A stretch of DNA of 49,114 bases. Source: Candidatus Moranbacteria bacterium CG_4_9_14_3_um_filter_44_28. Its GTDB lineage: Bacteria > Patescibacteriota > Minisyncoccia > Moranbacterales > UBA11712. Of the stretch, positions 1 through 8,967 are shown in pieces. The notes under the pieces are model-generated. The model was not told where the DNA came from, did not search any database, and saw only the letters and a list, made by a program, of their open reading frames with translations. Position 1 is the first letter of the stretch, and the number at the start of each line of letters is the position of its first letter. Position numbers and translations under genes: made by a program. Location of the stretch: the NCBI GenBank assembly GCA_002790655.1, contig PFVO01000008.1, forward strand, positions 1-49,114, written 5' to 3'.

Positions 1-323
1 GCATTCCAGTTTTTTTGAACATCCTCGCCGCTGTGTTCGTGTTCCATATTCCCAAGGTTCGACCTTGGGGAACCCGAAGGTCGAACCTTGGAATTCAACG
101 CTGTTTCGGTTTCAATTATCTTATATCCGTTATCTCTGATTACCCGCTTCACATTTTCCTTGTCCAAAACATCCGCATCATATTCAACATAGGCTTTTTT
201 GGTCGCAAAATTCACGGACGCGTCCAAAATGCCTTTGGTTTTCAAAAGTTCCTTTTCGTTCGAGACGGCACAACTGGCACAGGACATCCCGGAGATATTT
301 AAAATAATTTTTGCGTGTTTCAT
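1..323 (-). CDS. copA: Heavy-metal (copper) translocating P-type ATPase, N-terminal part; runs off the window
   Basis: Not in ORF track. Read manually from ATG at 323: MKHAKIILNISGMSCASCAVSNEKELLKTKGILDASVNFATKKAYVEYD, an HMA domain with GMxCxxC, followed by a His-containing linker. ATPase body is not visible. Confidence 0.75.
   Translation of the reverse strand, partial: MKHAKIILNISGMSCASCAVSNEKELLKTKGILDASVNFATKKAYVEYDADVLDKENVKRVIRDNGYKIIETETALNSKVRPSGSPRSNLGNMEHEHSGEDVQKNWN
52..91. repeat. 15-bp perfect inverted repeat inside the copA coding region
   Basis: CCAAGGTTCGACCTT (52-66) and AAGGTCGAACCTTGG (77-91). Confidence 0.9.
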
Positions 324-392
324 AAAAATAACCTAAATCACAGCCGAGTTTGAGTTTGCGAAAAACTAATGTTCTTCAAAAAATTTATTTTC

Positions 393-1550
393 CTATTCCA
401 CCAAAAATTTACCGCGTACCATTCCCATTCCGCAACTGAATGGTATTTCGCGCGTGCCGGTTGGCGTAAAACTGATTATATTTTCCCCGCTATTGATGTT
501 TTTGGCAATACCAAGGATCGGGATAATAATTTTATTCGTGCAACCGCTTACCTGAACGCCTTTTACAATCCATTTTACCGGAACACCTTTCTTGATTTTC
601 AAAGTGCTCGGTTCGAATCCCCGGCTTGTGACGGACATTTCTATTTTTTGCTCATTTTGATTTGAAGAAACGTCTGAATTATCTTTTTCCGCCGCCCGGT
701 CAATGCTTGCGATATTACTGATCACGCTATTTTTGACTCCTTTGAGCGCCAGGGCCGATTTAAAAGTAAAAATTGCAAAAACCAAAATTAAAATCCCGGC
801 AACTTTCTGAAATACCCCGAACTTTTTATCCCGCGCCCAGGTGGCGGCAATCCCCAAAACCAAAAGAACCGGCATTGTTCCCAGAGCGAAAAGAAACAAA
901 CTCAAAGCTCCTCTTGAGAAACTCCCCGAAACCAAAGCCAGAACCTGCATGCTCTGAGTGAAGCCGCAGGGAAGAAAAAAAGTGATTGCTCCTAAAAGAA
1001 ACGGGGCGGCCTGATGTTGGGATTCTTCCAGCCTTATCAGTTTTTTCGTCATGCTGGGAAAAAACCTGATCCCCGTTTCGGAAAGCGAAGGCGTAATTCC
1101 CAGAATAGAAAGACCTAGCTAGCCCATTATTGCCGCAACGACGATTGTATAAACCGAAACAAAATTTCCGCTGATATTGATTGTTCCGCCAATCACACCC
1201 AGCAATCCGCCGAGCAGGAAAAAAGTGATTAGTCTCCCAATGTGAAAAAGAAAATTCGGCTTGACGGTTCGGCTGAAAAAATCTTTTTCGCCGCTCCTGT
1301 ACTTTTCCGAAAAAACGATTACCACTCCTTCGACAACGGCGAGACACGAGAAAACTGACGCGACAAGGCCTACAAGAAAAGAAATACCAAGCGTAAGATT
1401 TGACCCTCGAAAATTGAATTTATCCAGCCAGCCCGCGTTCTGAAATTCCCGGTACAAAAAAAGAACGACTGTTATAATTAAAACCGCGAAAACCCAGCTT
1501 GATAAGCTGTTTTTTGAATTTTCTCCTGTTTTACGATCCGGAAACTGCAT
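393..1550 (-). pseudogene. DsbD_2/TauE-like membrane protein with C-terminal cupredoxin-like domain, split by in-frame TAG at 1119-1121
   Basis: ORFs 1119..1550 and 393..1052 share a frame. Motifs SCLAVV, FHIGR, FFLPCG and C-terminal FSCGMGM. Confidence 0.8.
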
Positions 1551-1608
1551 TGAGAAAACTTACAGGTTGCTTTAGATAATACGCCGGCAAAAAAGAAATA
1601 TTTGCACG

Positions 1609-1638
1609 AAAAAGACCGGGCATTGGCCCGGCCTTTTT
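1609..1638. terminator. Intrinsic terminator after the serine protease gene
   Basis: AAAAAGACCGGGC-ATTG-GCCCGGCCTTTTT. Confidence 0.7.
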
Positions 1639-1660
1639 ATCTCAAGATTATATCTGAAGA

Positions 1661-3073
1661 TCATTTCTTTTCTGAACTTTTCTCCACGCTCTTGGCCTGT
1701 TCCTGTTTTCCACCACTTTTTTTCACCACCAAAACAATTATCAACACCACAATCCCCACGAAAATCAGCCCGCCGACCGCCAGCGCCGCGAAAATTATCC
1801 AGCCCCAGCCGGAAGAGGATTTATTCTCCCCGCGGGCGACTGCTTCCTGAGACTTGGTGATATAGCTTTGCACATCGAGATTGTCCGGATACAAATTTTT
1901 CGCTTTTTCAAATTCCTTGAGGGCGTCGGAATATTCTTTCTGATTGAAAAATTCCAGTCCTTTCGCCCAAGCGGCCGTGGAAAGACTTTGAGCGGTCAGG
2001 TTGACGTTGTTTCTCGAGAGCAGTCTTTTCACTTCGTCAACTGAAATCAAAAAGTTGAATCCCTCCCCGCCCGGCTGGTCGCCCAGACTCCAGGTGGTGA
2101 CGCCGACTACTTCTCCGCCCGTGTCCACCGCCGGCCCGCCGGAATTGCCGTGAGTGATAGCCGCGTCGGTCTGAAAGGCCTCCGTTCCGTCGGTCAGTTT
2201 CTTTTTGGCCGAAATCACGCCCTTAGTCATCGAAGGCTCAAGCTGCGATCCTTCATCGGTTAGTTGTCCCATCAGTTCCTGAACGATTCCCGGATATCCG
2301 ATGGCGTAAACTTCTTTACCAATCTGAATATTTTGGGTGTCGCCTAATTGAATGGTCGGGAAGTTGCTTCCCTCAATTTTCAAGACCGCCAAATCGTTGG
2401 AATCGAATTCGCCTTTGTAAGGCGAATCAATAAACCGGGCCGGTTTTCCGACCTGCTCCACTTTTTTCTGGCTTCCGAAAGCATATCCGGTCTGGATATA
2501 ATTTGATTTTTTGATGTTATCAATCTTCAGCTTCCCGCTCCGGTAGTCCTGATAAAGGTCATCGGCCAGTTTCTGGACATCGCCCCCGTAGGTTGACTGC
2601 AAAGTCTGCTGATAGGCCTGCTCGACGATGTCGGCGGGGGGATTGTAGCCAAGCGTCGCCGCCGCCACCGTGCTCACCGCGTCTTTGAAAATGATCGGCG
2701 CCATATCGGAAAGAGCGTAATAGGCCGTAAGCTGATCATCCGGATTGGCCACGTGCCCGTTTGTCACAAAATACCCGTCGGGGCTTACGAAAAATCCAGA
2801 GCCAGTTGCTCCGATCGTAAAGGGATAACTTTTCCCCGCGAGAGCCGGCGTATTTAGCTCCATCGCCGCCGCGGCCTGGATGATTATTTCTCCCGTGACG
2901 ATGTTGGTCACCTGCACCACGGCCGGCTTGGCAAGAAGCAGGTTTGTCTGTATCGCGTCCGCGCCCGTTGCCGCATTTGACGCGCCAAGACACGCCGCCG
3001 GAGAGAAAGAAATTAAAAATGCCATCAGCAAAACTCCCATTTTTGCCGACAGCTTGGTTTTGAGATGCTTCAT
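1661..3073 (-). CDS. Trypsin-like (S1C/HtrA-type, no PDZ) serine protease with signal peptide, TPR-like segment and C-terminal TM anchor
   Basis: GSGFFVS..TNGHV (His), DLAVLKI (Asp), GNSGGP (Ser). Confidence 0.9.
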   Translation of the reverse strand: MKHLKTKLSAKMGVLLMAFLISFSPAACLGASNAATGADAIQTNLLLAKPAVVQVTNIVTGEIIIQAAAAMELNTPALAGKSYPFTIGATGSGFFVSPDGYFVTNGHVANPDDQLTAYYALSDMAPIIFKDAVSTVAAATLGYNPPADIVEQAYQQTLQSTYGGDVQKLADDLYQDYRSGKLKIDNIKKSNYIQTGYAFGSQKKVEQVGKPARFIDSPYKGEFDSNDLAVLKIEGSNFPTIQLGDTQNIQIGKEVYAIGYPGIVQELMGQLTDEGSQLEPSMTKGVISAKKKLTDGTEAFQTDAAITHGNSGGPAVDTGGEVVGVTTWSLGDQPGGEGFNFLISVDEVKRLLSRNNVNLTAQSLSTAAWAKGLEFFNQKEYSDALKEFEKAKNLYPDNLDVQSYITKSQEAVARGENKSSSGWGWIIFAALAVGGLIFVGIVVLIIVLVVKKSGGKQEQAKSVEKSSEKK

Positions 3074-3298
3074 TTTGTTTTTGTTATTTGATTACCAGTT
3101 TGATTACCAGCCCGAAAGCCTGGTTTTATTATATACCATATCGGGAAATTAGAACAATAGGGAAGAAAAATTGACAAATTTTCAGATTTTTTAGATTTGT
3201 GGTATTATAAAAATAATCCATCCCGCCGCTCGCGAGCAGCAGGATACCTAAATTTTTGATTTTTGATATTTTATATAAACTTAGATCAGGGGTGACTT

Positions 3299-3724
3299 AT
3301 GGATTACAGCTCAAGCTATCAATATTCGGGAAACGTGCCGCCGGAAGCCGGAGCGGCCGCTTTTGCTCTCGCTGGAGGAATGTTTTTGTTCGTAATGTTT
3401 TTGGTGCTGGTAGTTTATGTGATCGCGGCGATTTCGCTCATGAAAATCGCCAATCGCACCAACACTCCCAACGCCTGGTTCGCCTGGATTCCGATTTTGA
3501 ATCTTATTTTGATGATTCAAATCGCCCAGCGTCCGATGTGGTGGCTGGTTTTCTTTCTGGTGCCGATCCTGAACATCGCCGGAATTGTTTTCGGCATCAT
3601 TCTCTGGATTGACATCGCCAAGCGGCTTGGGAAATCCGCGGTTTTCGGAGTTCTGGCCGCTCTTATTCCGATTATCTTTATGCCTTATCTGGCTTTTTCC
3701 AAGAGTGACATTCCCGCGCAGTAG
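3299..3724 (+). CDS. Membrane protein (DUF5684-like)
   Basis: AWFAWIPILN motif, several TM helices, C-terminal YLAFS. Confidence 0.75.
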   Translation: MDYSSSYQYSGNVPPEAGAAAFALAGGMFLFVMFLVLVVYVIAAISLMKIANRTNTPNAWFAWIPILNLILMIQIAQRPMWWLVFFLVPILNIAGIVFGIILWIDIAKRLGKSAVFGVLAALIPIIFMPYLAFSKSDIPAQ

Positions 3725-3846
3725 AAACAAAAATACTGAAATTTATACTACGCAGCCAGACTTTCTTTGGTTTGGCTGTGTTTTTATAGCAGGAATTATG
3801 CTAACTTACGAATAGAATTCATCGGCAGACTAGTATTAATATTCAA

Positions 3847-4983
3847 ATGACGAAGAAAAATATTCTTGTTATTGCTATTCTCGTTGTCGCCCTGGCCATT
3901 TTTGTCAGCCTGACCTATTTTTTGTTTATTCCGAAACAGACGAAAACGATCGAGAACAGCCCCATCCAAAACTCATCAATCCCCCAACTGAAATCCTTCA
4001 AGGGCGTCTTGGCAGGTATCCTCGAAGAAGCCGAAATCAAAACCGAGGAAATCAAAAAGGAAATCACCGAAGCAATTCCCAATCCGTTCGCCAACAAAAA
4101 AACGGAAAATGCAACGCCAAATCCGGACAATAGTTTCACTTTCGCCATTCTCGGCGATACGCAATATTTCACCGCCGGAAACCCGAAAGGAAATTTTCAA
4201 AAAGCGGTTTCCCAAATAAAAGAGCATAATCCCGATCTCATTATCGCCGTGGGCGACCTCGTCAGCAACTGCAAGGGAAAAAGCAGTGACGCGCAGGATT
4301 ATAATAACTGGAAAAATATTTTGGGCACGTTTATCGGGAAAACCTACGCCGTTCAGGGAAATCACGATCGGGTGAAAAACGTTGACAAATGCGATAAATT
4401 TTGGACGGATACTTTCAGTTTTCCAACTAATGGCCCGGAAGGTTTCGCCGAGTTTGCCTATTCCCTCGATGTCAAAAACTCCCATTTTGTTTTTCTGGAC
4501 AGCGACAAGCCGGACAGCCACCAGATAAATAAAACTCAAAGAGAATGGCTGGAAAAAAATTTAGCCGCCAACAAAAAAGAAAATACTTTTGCCATATTTC
4601 ACGAACCGGCTTATCCGGTGAGCGACAAAAAGGGAGAAAGTCTTGATTTTGATCCTTCGCAGCGAAATGCTCTCTGGGAAATTCTGGACCGGCACAATAT
4701 CACGGCCGTTTTCAATGGCCACGAGCACATCGTGAGTCGCCGGAAAATCACAAGTCAAGTTTCTTCCGTCGCCAAAAACAGCGTTTATCAGTTCGTCTTC
4801 GGAAACACCGATTCTTTTAACCATGGTCTCCCCGCCGCCGGCGTCGCCGAATACGCGAACCAGGGACAGGGCCGCTTCGGCCTTGTTCGCGTGAACGGCA
4901 AAGAAATCACGGTCGAAACTTATGACCCCAACGGAAAACTCCTCAACACTTTCACCCACACACCAGAAAGCCCTGGACGCTGA
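3847..4983 (+). CDS. Membrane-anchored calcineurin-like metallophosphoesterase
   Basis: GDTQ, GDLV, GNHD, HEP, GHEH motifs; N-terminal TM helix. Confidence 0.9.
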   Translation: MTKKNILVIAILVVALAIFVSLTYFLFIPKQTKTIENSPIQNSSIPQLKSFKGVLAGILEEAEIKTEEIKKEITEAIPNPFANKKTENATPNPDNSFTFAILGDTQYFTAGNPKGNFQKAVSQIKEHNPDLIIAVGDLVSNCKGKSSDAQDYNNWKNILGTFIGKTYAVQGNHDRVKNVDKCDKFWTDTFSFPTNGPEGFAEFAYSLDVKNSHFVFLDSDKPDSHQINKTQREWLEKNLAANKKENTFAIFHEPAYPVSDKKGESLDFDPSQRNALWEILDRHNITAVFNGHEHIVSRRKITSQVSSVAKNSVYQFVFGNTDSFNHGLPAAGVAEYANQGQGRFGLVRVNGKEITVETYDPNGKLLNTFTHTPESPGR

Positions 4984-5027
4984 CCCGAGGAGCTAACAAG
5001 CCAATGCGGCTTTCGGTGCGGGGTAAA
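4950..5027. repeat. Imperfect inverted-repeat element overlapping the 3' end of the phosphoesterase gene
   Basis: TTTCACCCACACACCAGAAAGCC ... GGCTTTCGGTGCGGGGTAAA. Confidence 0.65.
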
Positions 5028-5062
5028 CTTTTTCGAAATAGAGAATTCTGAATTTATCTTGC

Positions 5063-5097
5063 AAAAAATACGTACTCAAATACGTACGTATTTTTTA
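5063..5097. terminator. Possible bidirectional terminator between convergent genes
   Basis: AAAAAATACGTAC-TCAAATAC-GTACGTATTTTTT. Confidence 0.55.
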
Positions 5098-5100
5098 TCT

Positions 5101-5122
5101 CCCCCGCCGAAACCCGCGGGGG
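5101..5122. repeat. GC-rich quasi-palindromic repeat, copy 1 of 3
   Basis: CCCCCGCCGAAACCCGCGGGGG. Confidence 0.8.
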
Positions 5123-5139
5123 TCAAAACTGGCAAAAAA

Positions 5140-5886
5140 TTATTTTTTTCTTTTTGTCGCTTTTATCTTGAGACTCTCAAGAGGAATTCCCTGATATTGC
5201 TTTTTGCTGATATCTTTGTCCTCGGAAAGTATTTCGACCTCGAAACCGGCTTTTTTTATTTTCTCGATATAGTCGTCGCGTAGAAGCGCTCCGGCGACGC
5301 ACCCGGCAAGAAGGCTCTCATCGTTTCGCATTTCTTCGGGAAGATCCTCAAGAAGCACAATATCCGACACGAACATTTTTCCGCCGGGCTTCAGCACCCG
5401 CCAAACTTCCCGAAAAACCTTGCTCTTGTCAGGCGCTAGGTTGATAACGCAGTTGCTGATCGCGATATCAAAAGAATTGTCAGCGACCGGAAGCTCCTCG
5501 ATATCTCCCAGTTTGAACTCGACGTTTTTATACCCGTATTTTTCGGCATTTTCCCGGGCTTTTTCGACCATCTCGGCAGTCATATCCACCCCGACAACTT
5601 TACCCGCCTTGCCCACACGCGTGGCCGCCAGAAAACAATCGAATCCCGCTCCGGACCCGAGATCCAAAACGATGTCCCCTTCTTTGATTTCAGCCATTGC
5701 CACCGGATTGCCGCAGCCAAGCCCCAGATTGGCCTCGGAAAATTTCGCGATATCGTCTTTCGAATAGCCAATTTCCGCGGCGACTTTGCCGGATGTCTTT
5801 CCGTTTCCGCAACAAGAACACCCGGAAGATTTCGCGATCTTCGAATAGCTGTTCCTCACAACTTCTTTCACTTCGTCTTTTCGCAT
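5140..5886 (-). CDS. arsM: Arsenite S-adenosylmethionine methyltransferase
   Basis: [37 protein letters not shown]. Confidence 0.92.
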   Translation of the reverse strand: MRKDEVKEVVRNSYSKIAKSSGCSCCGNGKTSGKVAAEIGYSKDDIAKFSEANLGLGCGNPVAMAEIKEGDIVLDLGSGAGFDCFLAATRVGKAGKVVGVDMTAEMVEKARENAEKYGYKNVEFKLGDIEELPVADNSFDIAISNCVINLAPDKSKVFREVWRVLKPGGKMFVSDIVLLEDLPEEMRNDESLLAGCVAGALLRDDYIEKIKKAGFEVEILSEDKDISKKQYQGIPLESLKIKATKRKK

Positions 5887-5920
5887 AATTTTTTTGAGAA
5901 TATTTTAATTGCTTATAATT

Positions 5921-5943
5921 CCCCCGCCGAAATCCGCGGAGGA
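5921..5943. repeat. GC-rich repeat, copy 2 of 3
   Basis: CCCCCGCCGAAATCCGCGGAGGA. Confidence 0.8.
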
Positions 5944-5966
5944 GTTTAAATAAAACAATTTTACAA

Positions 5967-6377
5967 TCAATGAAATTTTAACCTCGATTGTTTCCGATGT
6001 ATAAATGCTTCGGCTTTCAGAAAAACTTTTTTCGTCCAGTCCAAATATTCTTTCGCTTCTTTTTGCGAAATTATGATTCCGTCTCCGTATAAGTCCCAGT
6101 TTCTTTTCGAGCGCATTTCATCGGCCAGGATTTCAATTTCCGAATCTTTCAAAAAGAAAGCCAGTTTCCTTATAAGCTCGACATAATGGCCCCGGCGTGA
6201 TTTTACCCGCAGGCCATTTTCAGCGCAAACGGCCATGGCCAGTTTAAGGAGCGCGTCGTAACAAAAGCGGAAACGCACTTCTGGCACATCGGCTTCGGCA
6301 GCAATTCTCAAATCCCTTCCAGCTGATTTGTAGTATTTTTCTATTTGTTTTCGGGAAAACCGAAATTTCTCAAACAT
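5967..6377 (-). CDS. HEPN-like protein (putative toxin)
   Basis: Helical HEPN-like pattern (A..DL..A, YDA, G.R....GH, MRSKRNWDLY); directly downstream of the MNT gene. Confidence 0.7.
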   Translation of the reverse strand: MFEKFRFSRKQIEKYYKSAGRDLRIAAEADVPEVRFRFCYDALLKLAMAVCAENGLRVKSRRGHYVELIRKLAFFLKDSEIEILADEMRSKRNWDLYGDGIIISQKEAKEYLDWTKKVFLKAEAFIHRKQSRLKFH

Positions 6378-6923
6378 TCAGATTATTTTTATTTTTTTCT
6401 GCGAGAATATATTTTTCAAAAATTCATCGCCAGCTTTTTTCTTTTTTTTGAATTCCGCGGAAGAAAAATCGACGATATTGATTTCCCTCTGAATTTCCTT
6501 CATGAGAGGAAGGATCAGTCTCTTAGCCTCAAGGGAGGAGTGTTCACCGACAAGCAAAAGGTCAATGTCGCTTTCCTGCTGAAGAGAATCTTTGGCGTAG
6601 GAGCCGAAAATATAGGCTTCCCGCAAACCTTTCAGTTTTGAGAGTTTTTCTTTCAGCGATTCTTCGATTCCGTATTTTGCCCGGAAGAAATGCTCCAGCT
6701 CCCGAAGCAACGGGTATTTTTTGTTCAGATTGAAATATCTTTGGTTACCTTGCATCTCTGAAACGAGGACTCCTTCGTTTTCCAGTTCCTTCAGCTTCCT
6801 GAAGAGATTTCCCGGATTCACCCCCAAAAGATCCGCCAGTTCATTGACATAGTGGCGCCTCTTCTGGTTCAAGAGAAAATATCTCAAGACTTTAATTGTA
6901 ATTTTCGAGCGGAACTCGAACAT
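6378..6923 (-). CDS. HTH + minimal nucleotidyltransferase (MNT) protein (putative antitoxin)
   Basis: N-terminal winged HTH; YIFGSYAK..ESDIDLLLVG. Confidence 0.88.
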   Translation of the reverse strand: MFEFRSKITIKVLRYFLLNQKRRHYVNELADLLGVNPGNLFRKLKELENEGVLVSEMQGNQRYFNLNKKYPLLRELEHFFRAKYGIEESLKEKLSKLKGLREAYIFGSYAKDSLQQESDIDLLLVGEHSSLEAKRLILPLMKEIQREINIVDFSSAEFKKKKKAGDEFLKNIFSQKKIKII

Positions 6924-6926
6924 TTG

Positions 6927-6978
6927 TTATTGTTTATTATTACAATAATCATTGTATATTATTACAATAATATGTCAA
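6927..6978 (-). promoter_or_regulatory. Sigma70 promoter overlapped by two tandem 22-bp palindromic operators
   Basis: TTGACA (6978-6973), 16 bp, TACAAT (6956-6951). Operators TTATTGT-N8-ACAATAA (6927-6948) and TCATTGT-N8-ACAATAA (6949-6970). Confidence 0.7.
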
Positions 6979-6985
6979 CCCCGGC

Positions 6986-7013
6986 TCCCCCCGCCGTCGA
7001 AATCCGCGGAGGA
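6986..7013. repeat. GC-rich repeat, copy 3 of 3
   Basis: CCCCCCGCCGTCGAAATCCGCGGAGGA. Confidence 0.75.
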
Positions 7014-7043
7014 TTGTTCGACCTTAGTGAAGCATTAATATCG

Positions 7044-7699
7044 CTAGGTGAATAAAGATAGTAATCTATAGAGTCCCCAAAGACCAAGTGATATACCTAC
7101 GAGCGATATGAAGCCAAATATTTTTCCATAATTTACTACACCGGAATTTAGTCTTGTTACATAAACTAAGGTTCTATAATCAGTCATTCGCCTTTTTAAT
7201 CCGAAAAGGAATGAATACATTCTTCCTTGAGATTCAAATTTTTTTCAAGATCTTCTCTTAATTCATCATTTAGCTCATCCATTTCAGGAAATTTATCCGG
7301 AAATAAAACCCAACAAAATTTTTTGAACTTATAGTGTAAAGTATATTTTTCGTATTCTTTTTCGCCAAAATCAAATCCTTTGATTAATATTTTTCCCCAC
7401 ATAATTTCTCTTTCTTTATATATCGAGTAAGTAATAGCAATAATATTCAACGCTATTGATAACAACAATATTTTTAGTGACAATGCAAAATCAGATTGAT
7501 CAATTTTTTTATTGAGAAAACTAGAAGATACTATTGTGAAAAAAATACTTAATGCTCCACCAAGAAACAAAACAAGATAATACAGGTATTTTCTCCATTC
7601 CCTTATTATCGAATTGTATTCTTTATGAAATTCAAGCGTATCTTTCTTAATTTTTTCTAATTCTGCATTTTGTCTATTTTTTATTTCTTCAATATTCAT
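7044..7699 (-). pseudogene. AT-rich hypothetical membrane protein, probably frameshifted near 7220-7240
   Basis: ORF 7196..7699 has two TM helices. A second frame (MYSFLFGL...GLWGLYRLLSLFT) stays open to 7044 and ends in a TM helix. Confidence 0.45.
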
Positions 7700-7893
7700 T
7701 ATAATTTATTATCTCCTTTTTACTATATGTCACTTCTTAGAGCGTTAGATGCAAAAGACACTAATCTGCTCTCGGTGGGTTGCCAGCTCCTGGAATTAAG
7801 TATTTTCTGCCCCTATCCTATTCCCAAACCGCCTGTTTTATCAAGAAAAAAAGCCCCGGGTGAGGCAGAAAGATCATATCTTATTTATTTTTC

Positions 7894-8289
7894 TCACTTC
7901 TTTTCTTTTAATTCAATCTCCTCTTTTTTATAGTCAAACTTGACGACAAACAAATCAAAGAATCCTACTTGTCCGAGCACTCCATATCCCATCTTGGCAA
8001 TACCCGGCAGAAATCCCGCTTTTATTTTGTGCGGCCAGCCGCCAACCCGAATGATAATTGGATAAATATAATGAGGTTCAAGAGCTCCAGTTATTCCACA
8101 CACATCCTGTCTTTCACCTGAAGTTATATCGATGCCTAATAATTATCCTATTTGAGCGTCAAATATGCAACAATCCGCGCCAGAGTCAATTAGTACTTCA
8201 TAATAGACAGAATACTCTTCGTATAATATTTCAACAGGAATGACCGACCTCAAAATTTCCGGGCCGTATTTTTTGTATTTGAATTTCAT
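7894..8289 (-). pseudogene. Retropepsin-like aspartyl protease with in-frame TAA at 8143-8145
   Basis: MKFKYKK...VLIDSGADCCIFDAQIG*LLGIDI...GVLGQVGFFDLF; same frame on both sides of the stop. Confidence 0.8.
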
Positions 8290-8482
8290 AGCCCGAAGCC
8301 AACGTAGGTAATCAACTTCTCTGGCATGCGCGTCAAAATCGGGTCGTTATAACCCTTTTTTTTGCTTTTTCCATTACTTCTCTAACTGTTTTCCCACTCG
8401 CGACAACTGTTTTCTCATCTTGCTTCAAAGCAACCCAAAGACCTTTGTATTTTTTATAAATTTTTGTCCAATCAATAGCCAT
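8286..8482 (-). pseudogene. Small DUF5678-like protein, frameshifted in an A8 run
   Basis: MAIDWTKIYKKYKGLWVALKQDEKTVVASGKT.. One extra A restores KGYNDPIL..GL* with ATGA overlap onto the protease gene. Confidence 0.7.
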
Positions 8483-8761
8483 ATAATGATATTACTATAA
8501 GTTAATAGGAAAGTAAAGCGTATTTCGCTCATTTTATTATACAAACGACGAGGAAATTTAAATTCATGCATGATGTAAAAACAGGCCACTTTATTTACCC
8601 TGATATTCAATGTTGGGGTGAAGGAAAAATTCACTTTCTTGCCCCTATCCTATCTCAAACTGCCAAATTTGCCAAGAAAAAAGGGGTACCAAGGTCTCGA
8701 TGTCCAATGACACCAACTTTGATTTTTTTCAAAATCATTTCCTCCTTTTATTTTTAAGTTG

Positions 8762-8930
8762 CAAAAAACAGCCCCTGAGGCTGTTTGCTTTTTTCACGAT
8801 TGAATTAAAAACTATCTAGTACACAAAAAAGCGAACAACCCCAAGCGATTCTGGTTTCGGTGATTCCTTCTGAAGTTGTTTGCAAAATATCTCATGCTTT
8901 CAGTTTATACTACAATACATTTTTCTGCAA
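8762..8930 (-). promoter_or_regulatory. Putative leader-peptide transcription attenuator with promoter
   Basis: TTGCAG-17-TAAACT, 27-codon ORF 8895-8812, terminator AAACAGCC-TCAGG-GGCTGTTT-TTT, and an alternative pairing with the leader. Confidence 0.55.
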
Positions 8931-8967
8931 ACTAGATACCAAATACTTAATACTCTATACTTTATAC

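Noticed and set aside
5101-7013. CRISPR array or integron
   Set aside because: Only three copies, separated by 0.8-1 kb of genes; no cas gene or integrase; no convincing attC core sites.
7024-7068. A fifth internal TAG in the membrane-protein pseudogene
   Set aside because: On re-reading, it is not in the frame that continues from 7220; that frame ends at 7044.
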